64,000 nucleotides of DNA, taken from IMG/VR virus record IMGVR_UViG_3300017589_000168, positions 1 to 64,000 of that record. One strand, given 5' to 3'. Both the position numbers and the translations under genes were made by a program. The DNA comes from a virus (taxonomy: Duplodnaviria; Caudoviricetes). The notes beneath the pieces are model-generated. The model was not told the DNA's origin. It did no database searches and saw only the letters and a program-made list of their open reading frames with translations. Positions 48,478 to 58,284 of the stretch are shown here, one piece after another (position 1 is the first letter of the stretch; each line of letters begins with the position of its first letter).

Positions 48478-50308
48478 AAAACAAGCCGTTCAAGAGCGCC
48501 ATATTACGAATACAGCTTTGCTCAATGTCATTACCCCCATGGGGCTGGAATTTACGAAAAACAGCCTTTCCGTGGGAGAAAACTTCGGTAAGATTTACGG
48601 ACTGATTCGCTATCCCCAAAAAGTAGAAACAGAATGGCTGTCCAAAATCACGAATATACCGTCCACCATTGTATCTATTGGCTTTAAGCCGGTGGATAAT
48701 GCAACCTTAATTAACGCCATTTCCCGAAGTGTGGTTCAGCAGCGCGGTTTTGCCGAGGGTGCAAAAGACCCTCTGACCCGTCAACGTGCGGAGAAAGCGG
48801 CCGAGGACGGCGAGAAGATCATCATGCAGATTGACCGTGAGGGTGAAACCGTAGGGCTTATGAATGTGTCGGTCATGCCCATTGCCAAGGATGAGCGCAC
48901 CTTCAAAAAGGTCTGCCGCCGTGCGGAAAGCATGATAAGTGTCTTGAAGTGCAAAATGCGTGTCATTCCCAATCTGCAAAAAGAGTGTTTTCAGCACATC
49001 TCACCATCCTTTCCGTCTGACGGTAAGATAGAAAGCATCCTGCAAAAAATCGTTCCCCTGTCTACCTTTGTGGGTGGCTTTCCTTTTGCCAGTTCCGGCT
49101 TTAATGACGGTGAGGGCTATTATTTTGCACAGGATGCAAGCGGAAGCCTTGTTATTGTGGACATATGGAAACGCGGAAGTGACCGCACCAACAGCAATTT
49201 TGTCATCATGGGCAATTCCGGCGTAGGCAAATCCACCGCTATCAAGCATATCATCCTGTCCGAGTACATGAAAGGCACCAAAATCCTTGTGGTAGACCCG
49301 GAATCCGAATATAAAGATCTTTGCTTTAACCTTGGCCTTGGAAGTGGCTGGATCAATGCCGTAGGAGGTTCCGCAGGCAGGATTAACCCCTTGCAGGTCC
49401 GGCCATCTCCCCGTGATGATGAGCAGGAAAAAGAACCCGACCGCCTGTACCGTGACGAGGGCTACGGCATGAACGACCTGGCTCTGCATATGAAAAACCT
49501 TGAAATCTTTTTCAGCCTGTATATTCCGTCCCTAACGGATATGCAGAAAGCGGTATTGAAGAAAAGCCTTGTGGAGCTATACAGAAAGTTCCATATCACA
49601 TGGGATACCGACATTACCGCTTTGAAGCCGGAGGATTTCCCGATTTTCTCCGACCTTTATACGCTCGTTCAGGAAAAAGCGGATACCGAGCAGGACAGGC
49701 AGGCATATGCCGACCTGTCTTTGCTTCTGTATGATATTGCCGAGGGTGCGGATAGCTTTATCTGGAACGGTCACAGCACCATTGTCAGTGACAGCCCCTT
49801 TATTTGCCTTGATACCAATGCCTTGCAGGAAACCAGCGACAGTATCAAACGGACACAGTATTTCAATATTCTTACCTATTGCTGGGAGCAGATGAGCCGG
49901 AACCGTGACGAGAGAGTGCTGCTCATTTGTGATGAAGCGTATCTGATGATTGACCAAAAGGTGCCGCAATCCCTTGTCTATCTGCGAAATGCGATGAAGC
50001 GGGCAAGAAAATATGAGGCTGCGCTGGGGATCATCTCCCACAGCGTGATTGACTTTCTTTCGGAAAGCATTAGGCAGTATGGGCAGGCTCTGCTGGATGT
50101 ACCTTGCTACAAGCTCCTGATGGGAACGGATGGCCCCAACTTAAAAGAAACCGCCAAGCTCTACGATCTGACGGAAGCGGAGCAGGAGCTTTTGCTGGCA
50201 AGAAAGCGAGGTCATGCCCTATTTATGGTGGGGGCAAAGCGGCTGCATATCAACTTTGAAATCCCGGATTACAAGATGATGTATATGGGAAAAGCGGGAG
50301 GAAGATAA
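48470..50308 (+). CDS. virB4: VirB4/TraE family T4SS ATPase
   Basis: GNSGVGKS, VDPESEY, ICDEAY, RARKY. Confidence 0.93.
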   Translation: MPKKQAVQERHITNTALLNVITPMGLEFTKNSLSVGENFGKIYGLIRYPQKVETEWLSKITNIPSTIVSIGFKPVDNATLINAISRSVVQQRGFAEGAKDPLTRQRAEKAAEDGEKIIMQIDREGETVGLMNVSVMPIAKDERTFKKVCRRAESMISVLKCKMRVIPNLQKECFQHISPSFPSDGKIESILQKIVPLSTFVGGFPFASSGFNDGEGYYFAQDASGSLVIVDIWKRGSDRTNSNFVIMGNSGVGKSTAIKHIILSEYMKGTKILVVDPESEYKDLCFNLGLGSGWINAVGGSAGRINPLQVRPSPRDDEQEKEPDRLYRDEGYGMNDLALHMKNLEIFFSLYIPSLTDMQKAVLKKSLVELYRKFHITWDTDITALKPEDFPIFSDLYTLVQEKADTEQDRQAYADLSLLLYDIAEGADSFIWNGHSTIVSDSPFICLDTNALQETSDSIKRTQYFNILTYCWEQMSRNRDERVLLICDEAYLMIDQKVPQSLVYLRNAMKRARKYEAALGIISHSVIDFLSESIRQYGQALLDVPCYKLLMGTDGPNLKETAKLYDLTEAEQELLLARKRGHALFMVGAKRLHINFEIPDYKMMYMGKAGGR

Positions 50309-50346
50309 AGGGAAGCCCACTTTATCCACACAACAGGAGGTGTTCC

Positions 50347-51171
50347 ATGGCAGTAGACCCGATTACCGCCAAAATACTGGCACAACTGGCGGCACAGGCC
50401 GTAACCGATGAGCAGGCGCGAAAGCGCCTGCTCTGTATTATTTTAGCGCCAATCATTGCCCTGCTTTTGCTGATTTCCCTGATTCTCTATATCCTGACCA
50501 GCCCGTTATCCATATTCGCAGAGTGGGCAATGGGTGATGAATTGGACGCCATGAAAGATTTACAGATCAATTACGGATACAATCAGACCCTTGGCATTTA
50601 TGAGCAGGATTACATTGATGGGAGTGGACAGAACTATGACGGCGTGGTGTTTACGGACGGGGGCATGGAGGTTGTCTACTACAACCAGCTTGATGAACGC
50701 TGGGCGAATGTCATGTATGGGCAGTCCAGTACCATCGGAGAGGCAGGCTGTGGCCCCACCTCCATGTCCATTGTCATATCTACCCTGACCGGCACAGCGC
50801 ACGACCCCATAGAGCTTTCCAAATGGTCTGTAAAAAACGGACACCGCTGTGAGGGGAACGGTTCTTATCACAGCTTGATACCGGCTGCGGCTGAAAGCTA
50901 TGGATTATCCTGCAAGGGGGATTTATCCGCACAGGATATTGTGGATGCCTTATCAAGCGGAAAGCTGGTGGTTGCCATTATGAGCAAAGGTCATTTTACG
51001 ACCAGTGGACATTTTATTGTCCTGCGTGGTGTTACCAGCGAGGGGAAAATCCTTGTAGCCGACCCCGCCAGCCACAAACGCAGCCAGCAGGAATGGGATC
51101 TGTCGCTGATTATGAATGAGGCACGGAAAGGTGCTGCCGCAGGCGGTCCTTTTTGGGCAATAGGAAACTAA
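50347..51171 (+). CDS. Membrane-anchored C39-like (papain-fold) peptidase; candidate cell-wall hydrolase
   Basis: YYNQLD.RW, GCGPTSM, GHFIV, VADP. Confidence 0.8.
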   Translation: MAVDPITAKILAQLAAQAVTDEQARKRLLCIILAPIIALLLLISLILYILTSPLSIFAEWAMGDELDAMKDLQINYGYNQTLGIYEQDYIDGSGQNYDGVVFTDGGMEVVYYNQLDERWANVMYGQSSTIGEAGCGPTSMSIVISTLTGTAHDPIELSKWSVKNGHRCEGNGSYHSLIPAAAESYGLSCKGDLSAQDIVDALSSGKLVVAIMSKGHFTTSGHFIVLRGVTSEGKILVADPASHKRSQQEWDLSLIMNEARKGAAAGGPFWAIGN

Positions 51172-51186
51172 CAGGAGGGAAACGAC

Positions 51187-52191
51187 ATGATTTTATATCT
51201 TTCATCTACACAGCACACCAACTTGCTGGACTTCACAGGGTTTTATGACAATGACAGTGAACTGCCCATCAAGAAAATGGTGGGTAATTTTGTTCTCAAA
51301 CAGTTTATCATCTACGATATGCGCAACTTCTCCCATTTTTCCGAGGTGGTTTTGGATCGCATTGCCTTTGGGGACAGCGATGAGGAATTTGCCGAAGCCA
51401 TCGAAGAATTTCTGACCATGTATAGTCCACGCATTACGGTGATTTGTGAGGGGTTAGGACAGGACAGCAGCCTATTTCAATCACTTTTGAACAGCGGCGT
51501 GGGTAATATTGTCTGTGATACGGAGATTGCCGCTATCCAGCGTGAAATAGCCGAGTGTCTGAGCGAGCAGGGAATGACGCGCTACCAGCCCAAGGAACGA
51601 GTAAAAAAAGCGGAAAGTTGTAAAAGGTATCGGTTTGACTGTGAAAATATCCACATCGCCGTGATTTCCTCACAGCCGAGAATGGGGGCAACCACCACGG
51701 CAATCGGTCTGTCCTCATGGCTTGCCGCTGTGGGGGCTTCTGTTTATTATATAGAGGAAAATGATAGCGGTATTTTAACCGGCATGGTGGCTGATTATGA
51801 TATGGAGCAGTCTGGTGACGGCTGGCGGCTGGATGGTGTATATTACGGCAATTCCCCCATCAAAGAGCCTGCGAACTTCATTGTTCACGACATTGGCTTT
51901 ACGACAAGCCTGAATAAAACAGTACAGACCGCCGATCTGCTGATGGCGGTCTGCGGTACAAAACCCTATGAGCTTCCCCATTCCATGCTTTTGATGAAAA
52001 GGCTGGAAACCATGGACGCCTATGTGCTATGCCCTTTTACCCATGAAAAGGTAAAGGGGGACTATGCGGCCTTTTTACAAAATGATTTTCACAAAGTATT
52101 ATTTTTAGAGTACCAGCCTGAACTTACAGACGGTATGAGCAATGCCAAAACATATAAAACCATGCTGACAAAATATATCGCCGGAGCGTAA
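51187..52191 (+). CDS. Hypothetical protein with a degenerate ParA/TadZ-like C-domain
   Basis: IAVISSQPRMGATT (Walker-A-like, lacking Lys); IVHDIG. Confidence 0.6.
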   Translation: MILYLSSTQHTNLLDFTGFYDNDSELPIKKMVGNFVLKQFIIYDMRNFSHFSEVVLDRIAFGDSDEEFAEAIEEFLTMYSPRITVICEGLGQDSSLFQSLLNSGVGNIVCDTEIAAIQREIAECLSEQGMTRYQPKERVKKAESCKRYRFDCENIHIAVISSQPRMGATTTAIGLSSWLAAVGASVYYIEENDSGILTGMVADYDMEQSGDGWRLDGVYYGNSPIKEPANFIVHDIGFTTSLNKTVQTADLLMAVCGTKPYELPHSMLLMKRLETMDAYVLCPFTHEKVKGDYAAFLQNDFHKVLFLEYQPELTDGMSNAKTYKTMLTKYIAGA

Positions 52192-52218
52192 TGCTCCGGC
52201 GTAAGGAGGACTTTGATT

Positions 52219-52869
52219 ATGACAAAGCAAGCTGAACTGAAAAAGCAGGCATATGCCAGCAGTCTGAAAAGCCGTGCGCTTTCCGTGCTGATTTATTTGA
52301 TTGATCGTTCCAATAAAGACCTAACCTGTTTCCCGGCGATTCCAACCATGGCCGAGCAACTTCATATCTCCGTATCCACCGTGAAACGTGCATTAAAAGA
52401 ACTTGTGGCCGCAGGTTATCTTGAAAAAACTGCCCGTTTCCGTGATAAAAACCGTGGACAAAGCTCAAACCTTTATACTTTGCTTTTTATGGAGCAGCCC
52501 CCGGCACCTGATTATGATAATACCTCTGGAAAAGAACACAGAGATGATATAAATACACCTGACGAAGAAAAACAGTCAAAAGGCTACGTTGTAAAACACA
52601 TCACATTCGATACACTCGCTGAAAAGACAAAAACAGAGCAGAAACCAAGCCCACCTGAAATAGTACAGGAAGATGAAATAGAGTGCTCCGATTGTTATGA
52701 TAGGCCAATACGGTCTGTTTTTTGCACCCCCGTTCAAGTTGCTATTCTGTCAAAGGATAGGAAACCTCAGAGAATATTTGACAAACTAAATTGCCCTCTT
52801 TTGCTCCAGCCTATTCAATCTCCTTTTTTGCAGTGGACGGGGGCGGAGTCCATTTTGGTGCCCCCTTGA
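52219..52869 (+). CDS. Winged-HTH (HTH_36-like) protein, possible replication initiator
   Basis: CFPAIPTMAEQL.IS.STVKRALKEL...GYL...R...Q.SN.Y. Confidence 0.65.
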   Translation: MTKQAELKKQAYASSLKSRALSVLIYLIDRSNKDLTCFPAIPTMAEQLHISVSTVKRALKELVAAGYLEKTARFRDKNRGQSSNLYTLLFMEQPPAPDYDNTSGKEHRDDINTPDEEKQSKGYVVKHITFDTLAEKTKTEQKPSPPEIVQEDEIECSDCYDRPIRSVFCTPVQVAILSKDRKPQRIFDKLNCPLLLQPIQSPFLQWTGAESILVPP

Positions 52870-52919
52870 ACTACTCAGGTGAACTGATATAAATAGCGGA
52901 AAATAAGTTAATTAAGAGA

Positions 52920-54191
52920 TTACGCCGTAGCCTGAAAGATAAACCAGCCATCCTTAACCGAAAACTGAAATACACCGCCATGCTTTTCCACGATATGGGC
53001 TATGCTTTTTGTGCCAAAGCCATGTCCCTGTTCTTTTGATACAGGAAGCCCTTGCCTGAATACTGGTTCTGCCTGATAGCTATTGTGTAGATCAATGCAC
53101 AACTTATTATTTTTGGAATACATACGCAGCCGGATGATGCGTTTGTTGCGGTCAGGTATCTGTTCACAGGCATGGATAGCATTTTCCAAAGCGTTTGACA
53201 AGAGCGAGCAAAGCTCAGTATCGCTAAAGGGAAGCAAATCAGGCAGTTTTGCATCCACCGTCAGCATGATTTCCGCTTGTTTCGCTTTCGTAGCGAAAGC
53301 GGACAAAATCAGGTTGACGGTTTCGTTTTCACAAAAGCGTGTGGGCGTGATGGCATCCATGTCGGACTGGGCAGTTCGTAGGTACTCTTTAATCCCCTCG
53401 ATGTGTTCCTTGGAGGCCAGTCCCTGTAAAAGCGCAAAATGATGGCGCATATCATGCCGATAGGATGCGGCGTTCTGCTGTAACTGCCGCAGAGAAGCAA
53501 ACTCTGTCTGCGCCAGTCTAAACTGTGCATCCAGCATATCCTTTTCTCTTTGAAGGCTTGCCTGTTTTTGTGTCTCAGCGTAGTAAAGGATCACAAACAC
53601 AAAATAGAAAACAGATATTGTTGAGGGCATGAACTGTACCGCCCATTCGGTTCCGCTGTAAAGCACATCGGTGTAGATGGCGGTCACATAGTCAAACAGA
53701 TAGTAAAAAAGTGGGACTCCGCCTAAAAATAAGCAAGATTTCGTGGACTTCTCCATCAACTGCCGAACAGATCCGGCTACATATCTTTTCAAGAAATAAT
53801 AGGCCAAAAACACGGATGCTATGTAAAAAATATGGTCTGCAAGCCTGCTGTCTAAAGCGGCTCCTGCAAGAAAACCAAACCAGCGTGGTGCCTGACAGCA
53901 AAGATAACCGGAAAGCACGCTGACGGCGGATATGAGCCACGGGCACTTATAGTATAGGGTGAATATCACAATCAGCGGCAGATGGATAATCAGCGGATAC
54001 AGCTTTGATGTCAAATCCAAGCCCAAAAGCCACCAACTGGCGGTTTGAACGAAAAGGAAAATGACACAGAGCAAACCGGTAGTGAACCTGTTTTTCTTTG
54101 TGGGTTCTATTCCCGCAAAGAGAGCAGTCACCGTGAGGCCAAAGACCAAAGAAACACCAAATCGTAAGAGCCCGATCACGATTACTGCCAT
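52920..54191 (-). CDS. GHKL sensor histidine kinase (AgrC-like, polytopic N-terminus)
   Basis: RHDMRHH H-box, SNALENA N-box, HGFGTKSI G-box. Confidence 0.93.
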   Translation of the reverse strand: MAVIVIGLLRFGVSLVFGLTVTALFAGIEPTKKNRFTTGLLCVIFLFVQTASWWLLGLDLTSKLYPLIIHLPLIVIFTLYYKCPWLISAVSVLSGYLCCQAPRWFGFLAGAALDSRLADHIFYIASVFLAYYFLKRYVAGSVRQLMEKSTKSCLFLGGVPLFYYLFDYVTAIYTDVLYSGTEWAVQFMPSTISVFYFVFVILYYAETQKQASLQREKDMLDAQFRLAQTEFASLRQLQQNAASYRHDMRHHFALLQGLASKEHIEGIKEYLRTAQSDMDAITPTRFCENETVNLILSAFATKAKQAEIMLTVDAKLPDLLPFSDTELCSLLSNALENAIHACEQIPDRNKRIIRLRMYSKNNKLCIDLHNSYQAEPVFRQGLPVSKEQGHGFGTKSIAHIVEKHGGVFQFSVKDGWFIFQATA

Positions 54192-54192
54192 T

Positions 54193-54921
54193 TTAAGCGC
54201 CCCCCTCCATTTGATAATTCAGATATTGCTGCTTAATCTCCTTTGCCTTGCCCTGTGCGACAGGAACAGCGGAAAGGGTCTGTAAGGTGATCTGATGGTT
54301 TTCGATGGTATCCACATACTGCATATTCACAAGATAGGAGCGGTGGGGCTTAATAAAACATCCATATTTCAGCAGGCTATCGCAGACAGAGGAAAAAGGC
54401 TCCGTACATTCGGCCACCTTGCCGGAGCGCAGATGATAGAGGACGTTTCTGCCGATAACCTCGACAAAGACCAAATTGGAGATAAGTAATTTTTGAATCC
54501 CCTCGTTGCTCTTTACGATGACGGCATCCTCTTCCTTTTCCAATTTAATCTGCTCCAACAGCTCATCAAAGGTGAAGAACAGCTTCTCCTTTGAAATTGG
54601 CTTGAGTACATAGTTGATGGCTTTCACCGAATAGCTTTCCAAAGCAAACTCAGGTGATGAGGTGAAAAATAAAATCGGTGCGGTTTTGTCAAAGTTGCGG
54701 ATTTCCTTTGCCGCATCAATACCTGTAAAGCCCGGCATCATAATATCCAGACAGTATATATCAAACCGCTTTCCTTTTTCCAAGGCTGAAACCAGCTCAA
54801 ACCCGTTTGGAAAGACAGCGTGGTCACAGTTTAGATTTCTTGATGTTCGGTACAGGTCTATAAGCTGTACCATATTGGACAGCTCGTCAATATTGTCGTC
54901 ACAGACCGCAATTTGCAGCAT
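54193..54921 (-). CDS. LytTR-family response regulator
   Basis: IAVCDD, LDIMMP, YVLKP; F.KPHRSYLVN. Confidence 0.93.
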   Translation of the reverse strand: MLQIAVCDDNIDELSNMVQLIDLYRTSRNLNCDHAVFPNGFELVSALEKGKRFDIYCLDIMMPGFTGIDAAKEIRNFDKTAPILFFTSSPEFALESYSVKAINYVLKPISKEKLFFTFDELLEQIKLEKEEDAVIVKSNEGIQKLLISNLVFVEVIGRNVLYHLRSGKVAECTEPFSSVCDSLLKYGCFIKPHRSYLVNMQYVDTIENHQITLQTLSAVPVAQGKAKEIKQQYLNYQMEGGA

Positions 54922-54940
54922 AAGCACACCTCCTGTTCTA

Positions 54941-55231
54941 TTAGACTTCTTCGGAAACTCTCGCAGGCTCTCCCACCTGTAAATCGGGTAGTTGCCGATT
55001 ACTGGGTTCAAATTTTATAACGGCATTTTCATCAGGAACATACTCCATAATGTCGCCGAAGTCGCAGCCCAAAACGCCACAAATCCGAACCAAAATATCG
55101 ACATATATGTTTTCATCTTTTGATATTTTCAGAAGCGAGCCGCTGCTGATACCCGCCGCCTTGCATAGCTCGCCTTTTCTTATTTTTCTGTCGATCATCA
55201 GTTTGAATAATTTGTTATAACTGACACCCAT
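54941..55231 (-). CDS. Cro/C1-type (HTH_26-like) regulator
   Basis: VSYNKLFKL...L.RIC.VL.C..GDIMEY. Confidence 0.8.
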   Translation of the reverse strand: MGVSYNKLFKLMIDRKIRKGELCKAAGISSGSLLKISKDENIYVDILVRICGVLGCDFGDIMEYVPDENAVIKFEPSNRQLPDLQVGEPARVSEEV

Positions 55232-55287
55232 AACACGCCTCACGTCCCTCTAAAAGTCGAAAATCGTTTATACAAGTAACAGATTAC

Positions 55288-55316
55288 AGTATATCATCAA
55301 ATCATGGCAAAAACAA
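55288..55316 (-). promoter_or_regulatory. SigA promoter for the HTH-RR-HK operon
   Basis: Minus strand TTGTTT-17 bp-TATACT with an extended TG. Confidence 0.5.
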
Positions 55317-55405
55317 GATAAAATTCGTGCGTACTCGTCGATTTTCGTGTGATATTGTGTTGCTTCACATCTAAAAGCAAAAAAGACAGGAGCCTACTTT
55401 CCTCC

Positions 55406-55456
55406 AAAATCATGTTTCATGTCGAAAAAATCATGTTTCATGCAGCGGACGGTTTT
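55406..55456 (+). repeat. 51-bp direct repeat, copy 1 (tandem boxes with 21-bp period); putative LytTR-dependent promoter
   Basis: Identical to 57704-57754; TG-A-TAGATT at 55473. Confidence 0.85.
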
Positions 55457-55528
55457 GCAGAGAGATTTCTGATAGATTGAACGTGGAGAAATAAATGTTA
55501 TTTCGTTCAATCAAAAAGGAGGAAAACT

Positions 55529-57667
55529 ATGAAAAAGCAATTTATGGGCATACTGCTCACTCTGTGTATGGTACTTACCCTGCTGCCGACAACGGCGTTT
55601 GCATCAGGCTGGGCAGCAGAAAACACGATTACCAAAGGTTGGTACCATCTCCGCTGTATGAACAATTACCTCAATTTCACTGCTGACGGAGCTGCAGAGC
55701 TACGCAAGCTTTCTGAAAATGAAGCCTTTTATGTGGAAAGCCAAGGCGACGGCCAATATACCTTGAAAATGAAAAACGGCAGATATTTGGGGCTTGAGGG
55801 CACGAGAAAAGATGGTGTGCGAGTAAAAGCGGTAGATAGCCCTTATACTTGGCTTATCCATTGGGAAGCGACTAACTTTAACAAAGAAAAGTCGGACATT
55901 TTCAGTTTGCGTCCGCCCGAAGCTTCAAAAATGGTCGTTAATGCATCCGGTGAGAAAAATGCTGACGGAACTTCCATTATTATATGGAAACATGAGAAGT
56001 TAGACGCCCCCAATCATGCTGAATTTCGGTTTGTTCCTGCAACCACAACAGCAGATCCTACCGGTGAGAGATGGACAACCTATAAAGAAAACGGGTTGAT
56101 GGGCTACAAAGACCAGAGCGGCAAAGTGGTGATTAAGGCGCAGTTTAATGACGCTGAAAAGTTTTCTCAAGGAATAGCCAGGGTTTACGATAAAGTCAAA
56201 GGTGCGGCCGCCTATATAGACACCACAGGCAAACTCATCACGCCGTTCAAATATTACTCTGCTGCGAGTAGTCATATCGTTTATAACGGTTTGATGCTGG
56301 TAGGTATCTATGGAGATGACGTAGTCAAGGCCATTATGAATGGGGACGGCGTAGAGTACACCGAGTCGGTAGGGAGCGATACTGTAGTCGTGATGAAAAG
56401 CGGCAAGAAACTTAAATATGACCTCAAATACGGCTTTATCGACACAAAAGGAAAAGAAGTAATACCGCTGCAATTCGATGGAGCCTACTCCTTTCAGGAC
56501 GGTCTGGCGGCTGTGCTCCAGTTTCAAGGCCGCCAATATGGATTTTCTTATAGCAAGATAGGCTATATTGACACAACCGGGAAACTGGTCATCCCTTATC
56601 AGTACGGCGGCGATAACCTCTACGATGCGAGTGTCTTCTCTTACAAAGACGGCTTGACGTGCTTCTTCAAGTACCTCGGAAAGGATGGCTTGTCTGCTGA
56701 CGGGTGGGTTTCATATGCTCAGGGAGGCATAATGGATAAGACAGGTAAGGTTATCGTCCCGTCCAACCCTGATAGATATTATCATTCAGATCAGTTTGGT
56801 CTCCAATGGAAAGATGGCGTTATTGTGAACAACTACTCCACGGAAGTGAATGCGAAAGGTATACCCACAAAAGGCGGGGGGAAAGAGTGGTCATTCACGG
56901 AGTTATACGACTATTCGGGTAAGTTAATCAAAAAACTCGATGAATACACCGATGCTATGCCTATAGGCGGTGGCTATACGCTGGCTCTTCACCAAGTACC
57001 CTATGGTAAAACGGTAAAATATCTGGATACCGAAGCCTATGAGGGTTATTGGACTGTCTTTGACCGCAACGGCAAGATTGTGGTTGATAACGTGCAAAAG
57101 AATAACTTCTACCTTCTTAACAGTGCTTATGGCTATGCGAACGGCTACGTCTATTTCGGCGGCGAAGGCTATAAGGTCTCTGAGACGCCTGCCCCGGTCA
57201 CACCGACTCCCAAAACAGAAGTGACCGCCACACCAAGCAAGACGAGCTTTGTTATGAGCAGCAAGCCCGTATCTGTTACAGCGGCATACAGCATAAACAG
57301 CACTAATTACTTACAGCTTCGCGCAATCGCAGCGATGCTGAATGGCACCGCCGCACAGTTTGATGTAGGCTGGGACGGACAGTTTGCCGTGATTGAACCC
57401 ACCAAGCCATACAGCGGTGCGGTTACCGAAACCAAGCTCCAAAATACAACGAATGTCAGGCAGAGCGGAACGAAGTTCAAGCTGGATGGTGAAGTTTTTA
57501 CATTCTCAGATGCACGGCTGATAGACGGTGACACCAACTACCTTCAACTGCGCGAGTTTGCACAAAAACTCTCCGGCACAGCATCGCAGTTCAACGTGTA
57601 CTGGGACAGTGCGGCAGGTCAGGCGGTTATTCAGCCCGGCATGGCCTATACGGGGTCAGCATCATAG
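55529..57667 (+). CDS. Secreted WG-repeat protein with a ricin-B-like N-domain and a duplicated C-terminal wall-anchoring-type domain
   Basis: Signal peptide; about five G[YF]ID..GK.VIP repeats; two TNYLQLR repeats. Confidence 0.85.
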   Translation: MKKQFMGILLTLCMVLTLLPTTAFASGWAAENTITKGWYHLRCMNNYLNFTADGAAELRKLSENEAFYVESQGDGQYTLKMKNGRYLGLEGTRKDGVRVKAVDSPYTWLIHWEATNFNKEKSDIFSLRPPEASKMVVNASGEKNADGTSIIIWKHEKLDAPNHAEFRFVPATTTADPTGERWTTYKENGLMGYKDQSGKVVIKAQFNDAEKFSQGIARVYDKVKGAAAYIDTTGKLITPFKYYSAASSHIVYNGLMLVGIYGDDVVKAIMNGDGVEYTESVGSDTVVVMKSGKKLKYDLKYGFIDTKGKEVIPLQFDGAYSFQDGLAAVLQFQGRQYGFSYSKIGYIDTTGKLVIPYQYGGDNLYDASVFSYKDGLTCFFKYLGKDGLSADGWVSYAQGGIMDKTGKVIVPSNPDRYYHSDQFGLQWKDGVIVNNYSTEVNAKGIPTKGGGKEWSFTELYDYSGKLIKKLDEYTDAMPIGGGYTLALHQVPYGKTVKYLDTEAYEGYWTVFDRNGKIVVDNVQKNNFYLLNSAYGYANGYVYFGGEGYKVSETPAPVTPTPKTEVTATPSKTSFVMSSKPVSVTAAYSINSTNYLQLRAIAAMLNGTAAQFDVGWDGQFAVIEPTKPYSGAVTETKLQNTTNVRQSGTKFKLDGEVFTFSDARLIDGDTNYLQLREFAQKLSGTASQFNVYWDSAAGQAVIQPGMAYTGSAS

Positions 57668-57703
57668 TGATGATCAGAAAGGTGTGAACCCTCTTCATAC
57701 CTA

Positions 57704-57754
57704 AAAATCATGTTTCATGTCGAAAAAATCATGTTTCATGCAGCGGACGGTTTT
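57704..57754 (+). repeat. 51-bp direct repeat, copy 2
   Basis: Identical to 55406-55456; TG-A-TAGAGT at 57771. Confidence 0.85.
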
Positions 57755-57829
57755 AGATGCAGATTTTTGATAGAGTGAACGCATGGGAATTTGCCTGATA
57801 CAACCCAACAGAAAATGGAGGATTTAGAA

Positions 57830-58234
57830 ATGAAAAAGTTACTGGTACTTATCATGGCACTTGCCATGACACTGAACCTTGCAGCCTGCGGAGGAAGCAA
57901 TGCTGCTCCTGCAACGTCTCCTTCTCCACCCGCACAAGTCGAGGAAGCAGGATTTACAGCAGAACAGCAAGCTCTTGCACAGGATTTTATGAGCATGGCG
58001 GAAGAATTTGATGCAATTGCTGACAAGGTAAATGCAAGTCCTGAGCTTTTGGAAAATGAAGAGCTTGTCACTGCGATGAATGACCTTTCCAGTGAAATTA
58101 TCAAGGCAGACGAATACTTTGCCAGTCCAGAAACGCTCACACCAGAGATTATGGGTGCCCTGACAGTAGCTATCGAGGTAGGCCGTTCATTCATCGCTGA
58201 AGCCGGTGCCGCTTTAGAAGAAATCGGCCATTGA
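57830..58234 (+). CDS. Lipoprotein
   Basis: Lipobox LAAC; SD GGAGG. Confidence 0.8.
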   Translation: MKKLLVLIMALAMTLNLAACGGSNAAPATSPSPPAQVEEAGFTAEQQALAQDFMSMAEEFDAIADKVNASPELLENEELVTAMNDLSSEIIKADEYFASPETLTPEIMGALTVAIEVGRSFIAEAGAALEEIGH

Positions 58235-58284
58235 TATTCCCTGAACACTACAAAATTAAAAGAAAGAAAATGGAGGAATTTATA

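Larger units (their letters stand above)
261..52869 (+). mobile_element. Conjugative element (ICE or plasmid) backbone with T4SS, Tad pilus, relaxase and parAB; boundaries approximate
   Basis: Co-directional array containing relaxase, VirD4, VirB4, VirB6-like, Toprim and helicase/methylase genes; no att sites or integrase seen. Confidence 0.85.

Noticed and set aside
52179-52201. 9-bp hairpin over a stop codon
   Set aside because: No U tract or second copy; function unsupported.
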